This document shows, one piece after another, positions 37,072 to 46,245 of a DNA stretch of 64,000 bases; position 1 is the stretch's first letter, and each line of letters starts with the position of its first letter. The position numbers and the translations under genes are program-made. Source of the DNA: an uncultured delta proteobacterium (lineage in GTDB: Bacteria > Myxococcota > Myxococcia > SLRQ01); NCBI GenBank assembly GCA_963727485.1, contig CAVSGM010000011.1, positions 828,501 through 892,500 on the forward strand, written 5' to 3'. A model generated the notes under the pieces. It ran no database searches and was not told the DNA's origin. It saw nothing but the letters and a program-made list of their open reading frames with translations.

Positions 37072-37620
37072 ATGGCCCTCCCCGAGCTCTCCCAGGACGT
37101 CACCGTCTTCCTCGAAGCGGAGAAGATCCAGGCCCGCGTGGCCGAGATGGGTGCCGAGATCACCCGCGACTACCAGGGCCAGGGCCTGACCCTGGTGGTG
37201 ATCCTCAAGGGGTCGTTCGTCTTCGCCTCGGACCTCGCCCGGCACATCGATCTGCCGCTGGCCGTCGACTTCATCGGGCTCTCGTCCTACGGCTCGGCGA
37301 CGGAGAGCTCGGGGGTGGTCCGGATCACCCAGGACCTCTCCCAGGCGATCGAGGGTCGACATCTGCTGGTGGTAGAGGACATCATCGATACCGGGCTGAC
37401 CATGAAGTACCTCCTCGAGAACCTCCAGAGCCGTCACCCGGCGAGCATCCGCGTCGCCAGCCTCCTCGAGAAGCCGGCCCGCAACCAGCACGCGGTGGAG
37501 ATCGACTACCGCGGCTTCGAGATCCCCGACGCCTTCGTGGTCGGCTACGGTCTCGACTTCGGCGAGCGCTACCGGAACCTGCCGTTCCTGGGCGTGCTCC
37601 GCGAGGAGGCCCGTGACTAG
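37072..37620 (+). CDS. hpt: Hypoxanthine phosphoribosyltransferase
   Basis: Motifs: VVILKGSFVFASDL, LLVVEDIIDTGLT (PRPP motif) and VVGYGLDFGERYRNLP. Confidence 0.9.
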   Translation: MALPELSQDVTVFLEAEKIQARVAEMGAEITRDYQGQGLTLVVILKGSFVFASDLARHIDLPLAVDFIGLSSYGSATESSGVVRITQDLSQAIEGRHLLVVEDIIDTGLTMKYLLENLQSRHPASIRVASLLEKPARNQHAVEIDYRGFEIPDAFVVGYGLDFGERYRNLPFLGVLREEARD

Positions 37621-38627
37621 CGGGGACAAGAAACCAGGGCCCGACGTCTTCTCCATCCTCTTCGAGATCACCCAGCGGATGGCGCGCGGGGTGCCGCTGG
37701 AGGAGGCTCTCACCGAGATCGCCAAGGCGGCCGCCGAGCTCTCCGGCGGGGACGGGTGCTCGGTGATGCTCCTCGACGAGGAGCGCACCGCCCTGCTGTC
37801 CCGCGCCACCTTCGGGATCCCCGACGCGGAGGCCCACCTGGTCCGCTTCCGCCTCGGGGAGGGCATCGCCGGCTGGGTCGCCACCCACGACGAGCCGGCC
37901 CGGGTCGGCGACACCGCGGGCGACGATTGCTTCAAGGCCCTCGAGGGGCAGACCACGCGCATCCGCAGCATCTGCTGCGTGCCGCTGTCCACCCGCGACG
38001 GGGTCATCGGCGTCATCACCGTCCACGCGGCGAGGCAGCAGGCGTTCAGCGACGAGCACGAGCGGCTCCTGCGCTTCCTCGCCGCCTCCATCGTCAAGGA
38101 CGTGGAGAACGCACGCCTCTACCGCCTCGCGGTCACCGATCCCCTCACCCGGGTCTACAACCGCCAGTGGCTCTTCGAGCGGCTCCCGGCGGAGATCGAT
38201 CGCCACCGCCGCTACGGCGACCCCCTGGCCCTGGTGATGTTCGACGTGGACCACTTCAAGAAGGTCAACGACACCTACGGCCACCAGGTGGGCGACGACG
38301 CCCTCAAGGCGCTCGCCATGGCCGCCCTCGAGGTGGTCCGCGAGGTCGACGGGGTGGTGCGCTACGGGGGCGAGGAGTTCCTGGTGATCTCGCCGAAGAC
38401 CGACGCCGCCGGCGCCGCGGTGGTCGCCGAGCGCCTCCGGGAGCGGGTGGAGGCGGTGCGCATCCCCGCCGGCGACGCCACGGTGAAGATCACCATCAGC
38501 CTCGGGGTCGCCGAGCTGGGCCCCTCGGACCGGGAGGCCGCCGATCTCCATCGCCCGGGTCGACGCCGCCCTCTTCGAGGCGAAGAACTCCGGCCGGAAC
38601 CGGGTGGTCGTCGCCCCGGCGGGGTAG
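37613..38627 (+). CDS. GAF-GGDEF diguanylate cyclase with a frameshift near 38548
   Basis: The GAF domain is followed by DPLTRVYNRQ, the I-site REVD, and RYGGEEF. After ...REAADL the canonical end IARVDAALFEAKNSGRNRVVVAPAG-stop (TAG 38625-38627) is in the +1 frame. The as-read ORF instead runs to 38731 in Arg/Pro-rich off-frame text. Confidence 0.8.
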
Positions 38628-38668
38628 GGCCGTGGCCTCGCTCGCGGTCGGGACCGGGGGTCACGTCC

Positions 38669-38697
38669 TTTACAGGGGCGTGTCGCGGGGATAGACC
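38669..38697 (+). promoter_or_regulatory. Promoter TTTACA-N17-TAGACC, 9 nt upstream of ATG 38707
   Basis: The hexamers lie at 38669-38674 and 38692-38697. Confidence 0.5.
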
Positions 38698-38706
38698 TCC
38701 CGTGCC

Positions 38707-39654
38707 ATGTACGAAGACGAGACCGAGATGAAGCCCACGAGGAGCGCCGGCGGGGGCCTGGGCCGCGCGCTGAAGAACCTCCTCCTCCTCATCCTTGTCC
38801 TGGCCCTCGGCTTCGGCTTCCTCTACCTGGTGGCCGAGCGCAACGCCCGGCGCTACTTCCTGGTGCCCGAGGGGGGCAACCTGGTGGTCAAGCGCGGGAT
38901 CTTCTTCCCCGTCGGCGAGAAGCCCTACCTCCCCGACGACCCGGGGCTGGCGGCCGCCTACGCGCCCATCCCCCTGCCTGCGACCGGACCCAAGGTCGGG
39001 CCCCAGGACTTCGAAGAGCGCTCGGACCTCGACCGCACGCTCTTCGACGAGCTCCTCGCCTGGGCCAAGCCGCGGATCCACAGCGGCGAGTCCAAGAGCA
39101 TGGAGAAGGGCATCTACTATCTGCGGCGGGCCGAGAAGCTCCCGACCTACACCGAGGCCCAGCGGACCACCCTCGAGGAGCTCCAGGGCGAGGTGAGCTA
39201 CTACGAGGCCAAGCGGCGCCTCGGCGACGCGGTGGACACCCTGGAGAAGGTGGCCCAGCAGCTCAAGCGCGCCCGGGACTCCGGGAGCGCCCGGGCCCAC
39301 GAGAGCCAGGCGCTCCTCGCGGCGATCGAGGGGCACGTCGACGCCCTCCAGGGCGTCCTCGATCGGCTCAAGGGGGGCGGGAAGCTGCCGCTGCCCGCCA
39401 CCGACGGGGGCGCGGCGCCGACGCCCGTGCCCCAGGGCACCGAGGAGACCGGGGGGGCCACCGGTGCCGCCCCGGCCCACGAGGCCACGACCCCGGCCCC
39501 GGCCCACGAGGCCGCGACCCCGACGCCCCACCGGGCGCCGGCGCCGGCTCCGTCGGCCCCCGCGCCCCGCACCCAGGCCACCCCCGCGCCCCACACCCAG
39601 GTCGCCCCCGCGCCGGCGAAGCAGCCCGCGGCCGCCCCCGCCGACGGGCAGTAG
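38707..39654 (+). CDS. Hypothetical membrane-anchored protein with a Pro/Ala/Thr-rich tail
   Basis: The start is ATG 38707, 9 nt after TTTACA-N17-TAGACC. The N-terminal TM helix is LLLLILVLALGFGFLYLV. A helical middle region is followed by repetitive TPAPAHEA text. Confidence 0.55.
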   Translation: MYEDETEMKPTRSAGGGLGRALKNLLLLILVLALGFGFLYLVAERNARRYFLVPEGGNLVVKRGIFFPVGEKPYLPDDPGLAAAYAPIPLPATGPKVGPQDFEERSDLDRTLFDELLAWAKPRIHSGESKSMEKGIYYLRRAEKLPTYTEAQRTTLEELQGEVSYYEAKRRLGDAVDTLEKVAQQLKRARDSGSARAHESQALLAAIEGHVDALQGVLDRLKGGGKLPLPATDGGAAPTPVPQGTEETGGATGAAPAHEATTPAPAHEAATPTPHRAPAPAPSAPAPRTQATPAPHTQVAPAPAKQPAAAPADGQ

Positions 39655-39727
39655 ACCCGGTCGCACCCGGGCCCACCCGGTCGGCAACTGGCGATGAACG
39701 CCGGGCTTCTCTAGACTGGGTGTCCCC

Positions 39728-42700
39728 TTGGCGAAGCCCGGTGGCCTTCAGGCCGGGCCGGAGGCGCGTGCGATGCGGGTGTTCGGCGAGCGCGGGCTCG
39801 CGGCGGTGCTACCCCGATACCTCTTTCTCGAGCCTCTCCTGGCCCGCGCCCGGGTCCTCGAGGTGGGGCTGTGGCGCGCCACCGACGGCGACGCCGCCCG
39901 GCGCCTTCACGCCCTCGGGGCCGCGGAGGTGTTCGCCGTGGACGCGGGGATCGCGGCCGCCTGGGCCGACGGGGTCCGCTGCCTCCCGTTCGCCGCCGGC
40001 GACGCGCTCCCCGACGACCTCCCCGCCGGGGCCTTCGACCTGGTGATCTGCGGGGACGGCGCCTGGCTCCTCGCCCACCTCGAGGCGGTGGCGCGCCTGC
40101 TCTCGCGCCGGGGGCACCTGGTGGTGTGGGCCGCCGAGGCCGAGGGGCTGCTCACCGAGGCCCTCCTCGGGGCGTCGGCGGGCCAGGGGCCCGGGTACGC
40201 CGAGCTGGTCGAGCCCCTGAACGCGCACTTCGAGACCGTGGAGGTGGTGGTCGAGTCCACCTTCGTGGGCACCTCGCTGGTGGCCGCCGGCACCGACCCC
40301 GACGGCCTCGCCCTCGACGACCGGCTGATCACCGACGACGAGGCGGCCCTGGGGTACCTCCTCCTCGCCGGGCGTGGGGCCACCGGGCTCTCGGACCAGG
40401 CGCTGGTGCAGCTCCCGACCGCCGGGTTCCTGGCGGCGGCCGCGGACCTCGAGGCGGCGGAAGAGCCCGAGGTGGCCGCGGAGCTCGAGGCGGCGGAAGA
40501 GCCCGAGGTGGCCGCAGAGCCCGAGGCGGCGGAAGAGGCCGAAGCAGCCGACGCGGACGCGGCCGTCCCCACCGGAACTCTGGAGGAGGCCGCCGCGCGG
40601 CTCCTCGCCGCCCGGCACCGGGCCGACGCCGCCGACCGGGGCCGACAGGCCTGGCGCCGCCGGGCCGAGACGGCGACCCGGGCCATCGCTGCCGCCGAGA
40701 AGGACGCCGCGCGGGAGGCCTTCCGGGCCGAGGAGGCCCAGCGCCTGGGGTTCGAGGTCGAGTCCCGGGCCCGCGCCCTCGCCGCCGAGGTCGAGGCGGC
40801 CCGCGGCGAGCTCGAGCGCCTCCGGGAGGTCGCCGCGGCCGCCACGGCCCGGGGCGACGAGCGGGACACCTGGCTCGCCGGGCTCCGGGAGGAGGTCGAG
40901 CGCCTCGAGGGGGAGCTCGCCGCGGTCCGGGAGGCCGAGGACGGGCTCCGCAAGGCCCTCGCCGAGACCACCCGAGCCCGTGACGCGGCCCTCTCCGCCG
41001 CCGAGGAGGCCCGCGCCCAGGGGACCGCCCGGGCCCGGGAGCGCGACGCCGCCCAGGGCGAGGCGGAGGCCACCGCGGTGCGCCTCGGGGCCATCGAGGC
41101 CGAGCTTCGTGGGGTCCAGCGCCGGCGCACCAGCCTGGAGCAGACCCAGGCCCAGCTCCGCGCCGAGGTGGAGATGCTCCGTGGGGCCCTCGAGGAGGCC
41201 CGGGCCGATCACGCCGTCACCGCCGAGCGGGCGCGGGGGCTCGAGGCCGAGCTCGCCCGGGTGACCGAGGCCCGGGACGGGCTCGAGGCCGAGCTGAAGA
41301 CCGCTGGCGCCGAGCTCGAGGTCCGGGCCGGGCGCCTCGAGGCCCTCCTCGCCCGCGCCGACGGCGCCGAGGCCGAGACCGGGGCCCTGCGCCAGGCCCT
41401 CCGGGAGGCCCGGCGCGCCGAGGAGACCCGCGCCCGAGAGGCCGACGCCGCCCTCGCCGAGGCCCGCGCCGAGGCCGAGTCCCGGATCCGGGCCGCCGAG
41501 ACGGAGGCCGAGCGCCTCGGGTCGGAGCTCGCGGCGGCGGGTGAGCGCACCGCCGAGCTCGAGTCCGACGTGGTGGCCCTGGTCAACGAGCGCGAGACCC
41601 TCCAGGCGTCCCTCCAGGACGTCGACGCCCGGGTGGCCGCGGCCCGGGAGGAGGGGCAGGGCGCCGCCGACGAGGCCCTCGCCGCCCTCGAGGCCGAGCG
41701 GGCCCGGGCCGCGGGCCTGGAGCAGCGCCTCGCCGAGGTGCAGGCCGAGACCCGCCTCGAGGTGGAGACCGCGCGCCGCGTCGCCGAGGAGGCCGAGGCG
41801 GACGGGGAGCGCCGCGTCGCCGAGGCGGAGGCGGAGGGTGAGCGGCTCGTCGCCGAGGCGGAGGCGGAGGGTGAGCGGCTCGTCGCCGAGGCCGAGGCGG
41901 AGGGTGAGCGGCTCGTCGCCGAGGCCGAGGCGGAGAGCGAGCGCCGGGTCGCCGAGGCCGAGGCCCGGGCGGAGGCCGCCCTCTCCGAGGCGGAGGCGAC
42001 GGTCGCCGAGCGGGTGGCCGAGCTGGAGGCGGAGAGCGAGCGCCGGGTCGCCGAGGCCGAGGCCCGGGTCGAGGCCGCGGAGGCGCGGGCCGGCGACGCC
42101 GAGAGCAGGTTGGAGGCGGCCGAGCGGGCCGCCAGCGAGGCGGCCAGCCGCCTCGAGGAAGCCGAGCGCCGGGCCGGCGACGCGGAGTTCAAGCTGGAGG
42201 CCGCCGAGACCGACGCCAGCGACGCCGAGGCGAAGCTGGCAGACGCCGAGCGCCGGGCGACCGAGGCAGAGGCCCGGGTCGAGGCCGCCGAGCGCCGGGC
42301 CAGCGACGCCGTCGACGCCCGGGACGTGGCCGACGGGGCCCGGGCCGCCGCCGAGGCGGCTCGCGACAAGGCCACCGCCGACCGGGAGGCCGCGGAGGCG
42401 GCGCGCGCGGCGGTCGAGCGCGCCCGGGACGAGGTCGAGGCCGCGCGGGCGGCGCTTGCGGGTCGCCTCGAGGCGGCGGAGGCCGCGGCGGAGGAGGCCG
42501 AGTCCAGGCTCGCCGACGCCGAGACCCGGGCGAGCGATGCCGAGTCCAGGCTCGCCGACGCCGAGACCCGGGCGACCGACGCCGAGTCCAGGCTCGCCGA
42601 CGCCGAGACCCGGGCGAGCGATGCCGAGTCCAGGCTCGCCGACGCCGAGACCGAGGCGGCCGAGGCGGCCGGCGCCCGGGAAGCCGCGCTCGAAGCCGAG

Positions 42701-43856
42701 CGCGACCGCCTCGCCGCCACCCTCGAGGAGGCCAGGGACCACGAGGAGGCCCTCGCCGCGTCGGTGACCCGGTTGACCGAGGAGAAGACGGTCCTCGAGG
42801 GGCGCCTCGAGGTCGGCGCCGGGGATGCCCAGGCCGATCGGGATCGCCTCGAGGCCCTCGAGGCTGAGCTGGAGGCCGAGCGCCGGGCGAGCGCCGAGCT
42901 CCGGGACGCCCTCGCCGAGGCCCAGGCGGCGACCGGGCGCGCCGAGGCCGCCCTCGCCGAGGCGAAGGCCAGCCCGCCGCCGCCCGAGGCCCCCGAGGCC
43001 CCCGAGGCCGAGGCGGGCGGGGGCCTCCACGACCAGCTCGTCACCGTCGAACGCGAGCGCACCGAGCTCGCGCGGGAGGCCGCGTCCCTCCGGGAGAAGA
43101 TCCACGGCCTCGAGCAGGCCCGGACCGCCGCCGAGGCCGAGCGCGACGACCGGGAGGCCACCGTCGCCGAGCTCCGGGCCAGCCTCGACCAGGCCCGGGC
43201 CCAGGTGAGCCAGATCCGGGAGGAGGCCGAGGCCCAGCGCCAGGCCGCCGAGGGCGAGGCCGCCGAGGCCCGGGCGGGGGTGGTCGCCGAGCGGGACCGC
43301 CTCCGGACCACCCTCGCCGACCGCGACGCCGAGGCCGGCCGCCTCGCCGAGGCGGAGGCGGGCCTGCGCCAGGAGGTGGCGCGCCTCCAGCTCGAGCTCC
43401 AGCGGCAGGGGGCCCAGGCCCAGGTCCTCCAGGCGCGCCTCGAGGAGGCCACCCAGGCCGCGCCGGCCGCCGAGGTCGCCGCCACCCCCGGGAAGCCCCC
43501 CATCCCCGACGAGGTCCTCCATGACCTCGAGTCCCGCCTCGACGGGGCCCAGAGCCGCGCCCGGTCCCTGGCCGACCGCCTCGACGCCGCCGAGACCCGG
43601 GCCCGGGAGGCCGACGACCGGGCGCAGGCCCTGACCCGGGACCTCGCGGCCGCCCGGAAGGCCAGGGAAGCACCCGAAAAGACTGGTGAAAAACCCCAGG
43701 AGGGGGCCGCCCCGGAGGACCTCGAGGAGCGGGAGCACCGCATCGAGCTCCTCCAGCGGGAGGTCTCCGACAAGACCGATCGGATCCAGCGTCTCCTCGC
43801 CGAGATTCGAGAACCTGCAAAAACGTGGGATTGGAAGGTTCTTCCGCGGCGGTTGA
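39728..43856 (+). CDS. Giant coiled-coil protein (~1360 codons) with an N-terminal methyltransferase-like domain; 3' end frameshifted
   Basis: The start is TTG 39728, 10 nt after TAGACT, or ATG 39773. The head has a Rossmann-like pattern: ARVLEVGLWRATDG ... FDLVICGDG ... RRGHLVVW. More than 1000 aa of A/E/R heptad-like text with tandem repeats follow. After ...RIQRLLAEIRE, the +1 frame gives LQKRGIGRFFRGG-stop at 43854-43856, 10 nt before the next ATG. The as-read ORF runs to 44299 in Trp/Arg-rich text. Confidence 0.7.
40448..40549 (+). repeat. 36-bp in-frame tandem repeat (about 2.8 copies)
   Basis: The unit ctcgaggcggcggaagagcccgaggtggccgcggag occurs at 40448 and 40484, with a diverged third copy. 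It encodes LEAAEEPEVAAE. Confidence 0.85.
41780..41980 (+). repeat. 33-bp in-frame tandem repeat (about 5-6 copies, three near-identical)
   Basis: The unit gtcgccgaggcggaggcggagggtgagcggctc occurs at 41816, 41849 and 41882, with diverged flanking copies. It encodes VAEAEAEGERL. Confidence 0.85.
42500..42661 (+). repeat. 42-bp in-frame tandem repeat (about 4 copies)
   Basis: The unit gagtccaggctcgccgacgccgagacccgggcgagcgatgcc occurs at 42500, 42542, 42584 and 42626. It encodes ESRLADAETRASDA. Confidence 0.85.
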
Positions 43857-43866
43857 TACCCCCGAG

Positions 43867-46215
43867 ATGCGGCGGACTGGTCTGGCGATGGCGGGGATCC
43901 TGGCCCTTGGCGGGGTCCTGGGCGTGGCGGTGTGGCACCGCCTCGGGCGGCCGTCCCCGGCGCCGAGGCCGTCCGTGGCCGTGGCCCCGAAGGCCCTGCC
44001 CGTGCCCCCCCAGCCGGTGGGAGCCCCGGTCGGCCCCACCCGCGGCGGCCCGCCCAGCGGGCGCATCTGCGGCCTGGTGGTCGACGCCGCCTCCCACGCC
44101 CCGGTCCCCGCCGCCCTGGTGGCCATCCGGGGCCCGGCGGGCTCGGAGACCACCAGCGCCGACGGCGACGGCCACTTCTGCTTCGAGCAGCTCCTGGCCG
44201 GGAGCTACTGCCTGGTGGCGCGGCTCGAGGGGCGCAGCTCCCAGGCGGTGGACGGCCTCCCCCTCGCCTCCGGCCAGGCCCTCGGCGACGTGGCCCTGAT
44301 CCTCGGCGGCGGGGTTCGGGTGAGCGGCCGGGTCCGGGACCGCCTCTCGGGCCAGGGGGTCGCGGGCGCCCGGGTCTCCGCCCGGGTCGACGGCCTCGGG
44401 GTCGCCGCCGCCACCACCGACGGCGACGGGGACTACCGCCTCGACGGCCTCGGCGCCGGCCGCCACGTCCTGACGGTGACGGCCCGGGGCTATGCCGGGG
44501 GCCGGGTCGACCTCCGGGTGGGCGGCAAGCGCCCGATCACCGGCGTCGACCTCTGGCTCGATCCCGGCGCCACCCTCCGGGGCCGGGTGGTGGACCCGGA
44601 CGGCAAGCCGGTGGCCGGCGCCGTGGTCTCCACCAGCTCCTACCGCCTCGCCGCCTCGCCGGCGCCGGTGGTCGCCAGCGCCCGGGACGGCGCGGTCACC
44701 GCCCCGGACGGCACCTTCCACCTGGTGGCCCCCCCGGGCCTGGTGACCCTCTACGCCACCGCCGAGGCCCTGGGCCCCGGCCGCCTCGGCGGGGTGCAGG
44801 CCACCGCCGGGGCCACCGTCAAGGGCCTGGTCATCCACCTCACCCGCCCGGCGGGCCTCACCCTCCAGGTCACCGCCCCCGACGGCAGCCCGGTCCCCGG
44901 GGCCCGGGTCCGGGTGGTCTGCGGCGGGAACCTGCTCTGCGCCTTCGCCACCGTCGGCGAGGGCGGCATCCTCGAGCTCACCCACCTCGCCCCCGGCGCC
45001 GCCCGGGTCCGCGCCGACGCCCCGGGCCTCGGCGAGGCCGGCGCCGAGATCACCCTCGACGCGGGCCTCAAGCGGCGCCTCACCCTGGTCCTCGGGGGCA
45101 CCGGCACCATCGCCGGGCGCCTGGTGGGGGTCGAGGGCGGGCCCATCTCGGGCGCGGTCATCCGCCTGGCCTCCGAGCTCACCCCCGGCGACGCCCGGCA
45201 GGTCGTCACCGGCGACGACGGCACCTTCCTCATCCAGGCCCCGGTCCAGGTGCCCTTCACCGTCGACGCCCTGTGGCACGGCGGCCCGGTCGCCGAGCGC
45301 CGGGGCGTCGAGGCCGGGGACCAGCTCCACCTGGTGGCCCGGGCCGCCGGGCGGATCACAGGCCAGGTCCTCGGCCCCGACGGCCAGCCGGTCACCGACT
45401 TCACCGTGGTCGCCGTCCCCGGCCCGTCGTCCGACGACAGCGGCCGCAGCGGCTACACCCGCCGCCGCTTCGCCACCGACACCGGCGACTTCGCCCTCGA
45501 CCACGTCCCCGCCGGCCGCTACCGGGTGCGGGCCTTCGCGCCGGGGGCCGCCACCAGCCGGGAGGTGCAGGTGGAGGTCGATCCCGGAACCGAGGCCGGC
45601 CCCCTGCGCCTGGTCCTCGGCGCCGCCGGGCGCATCTCCGGTCGGGTGGTCGACGCTCACGGCCGCCCCGTCGCCGGCGCCCGGGTGTCGGTGGACTTCG
45701 GGGGCGTGTACGGCATCGGCCGGTTCACCGGGGAGACCGGCCCGGTGACCGAGAGCGGCGCCGACGGTGCGTTCCTCCTCACCGACGTCCCGGCGGGCCA
45801 GGCCTCCCGGGTCTTCGCCTACCGCCCCGACCACCTCATGGGCGCCGCGGGCCCGGTCACCGTCGGCCCCGGCAGCGACGCCGGCCCGGTGACCATCCAC
45901 CTCCGGGCGCCGCCCCACACCCCGCCGAGCCAGGCCGAGGCCTTCGGCGGCGTGGGGATGACCATCGGCAGCCCCGGGGGCGGCCAGGTGCTCGTGGAGC
46001 ACGTCTACGAGGGCGGGCCTGCGTTCTTCGCCGGGCTCCGGGACGGCGACGTCCTCCTCTCGGTGGACGGGAAGTCCGTGGAGGCCCTCGGCCTCCCGGG
46101 GACCCTCCAGGCCATCCGCGGGCCCGTGGGGAGCCTGGTGACCCTGGAGGTGAACCGGCCCACCACCGGCGACCACTTCGTCGCCCGGGTGGTCCGGGTG
46201 CTCCTGCGCCTCTGA
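43867..46215 (+). CDS. Membrane-anchored protein with CarboxypepD_reg-like repeats and a C-terminal PDZ domain
   Basis: The start is ATG 43867 (MRRTGLAMAGILALGGVLGVAVW, TM anchor). Units of the type G.V.D..G.PV.GA.V......T.ADG.F.L..L..G.Y recur. The C-terminal PDZ reads GMTIGSPGGGQVLVEHVYEGGPAFFAGLRDGDVLLSVDGKSV. Confidence 0.75.
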   Translation: MRRTGLAMAGILALGGVLGVAVWHRLGRPSPAPRPSVAVAPKALPVPPQPVGAPVGPTRGGPPSGRICGLVVDAASHAPVPAALVAIRGPAGSETTSADGDGHFCFEQLLAGSYCLVARLEGRSSQAVDGLPLASGQALGDVALILGGGVRVSGRVRDRLSGQGVAGARVSARVDGLGVAAATTDGDGDYRLDGLGAGRHVLTVTARGYAGGRVDLRVGGKRPITGVDLWLDPGATLRGRVVDPDGKPVAGAVVSTSSYRLAASPAPVVASARDGAVTAPDGTFHLVAPPGLVTLYATAEALGPGRLGGVQATAGATVKGLVIHLTRPAGLTLQVTAPDGSPVPGARVRVVCGGNLLCAFATVGEGGILELTHLAPGAARVRADAPGLGEAGAEITLDAGLKRRLTLVLGGTGTIAGRLVGVEGGPISGAVIRLASELTPGDARQVVTGDDGTFLIQAPVQVPFTVDALWHGGPVAERRGVEAGDQLHLVARAAGRITGQVLGPDGQPVTDFTVVAVPGPSSDDSGRSGYTRRRFATDTGDFALDHVPAGRYRVRAFAPGAATSREVQVEVDPGTEAGPLRLVLGAAGRISGRVVDAHGRPVAGARVSVDFGGVYGIGRFTGETGPVTESGADGAFLLTDVPAGQASRVFAYRPDHLMGAAGPVTVGPGSDAGPVTIHLRAPPHTPPSQAEAFGGVGMTIGSPGGGQVLVEHVYEGGPAFFAGLRDGDVLLSVDGKSVEALGLPGTLQAIRGPVGSLVTLEVNRPTTGDHFVARVVRVLLRL

Positions 46216-46245
46216 CCCGGGCGGCGCGTCCCGGTCCCCCCGGCG

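Noticed and set aside
40448-42661. Tandem repeats considered as a possible CRISPR array
   Set aside because: The repeats are directly adjacent with no spacers. They are in frame, of 33, 36 and 42 bp, and lie inside a coding coiled-coil region. No cas genes are present.
39809-46176. Very long minus-strand ORFs (39809..43738, 1309 aa; 41209..46176, 1655 aa) and several plus-strand off-frame ORFs across the coiled-coil and PDZ genes
   Set aside because: They are antisense or off-frame shadows of the GAG/GCC/CGC-rich coding strand. Their translations are monotonous Gly/Leu/Pro/Arg or Ser/Ala/Arg text with no motifs. The plus-strand genes have clear domain signatures.
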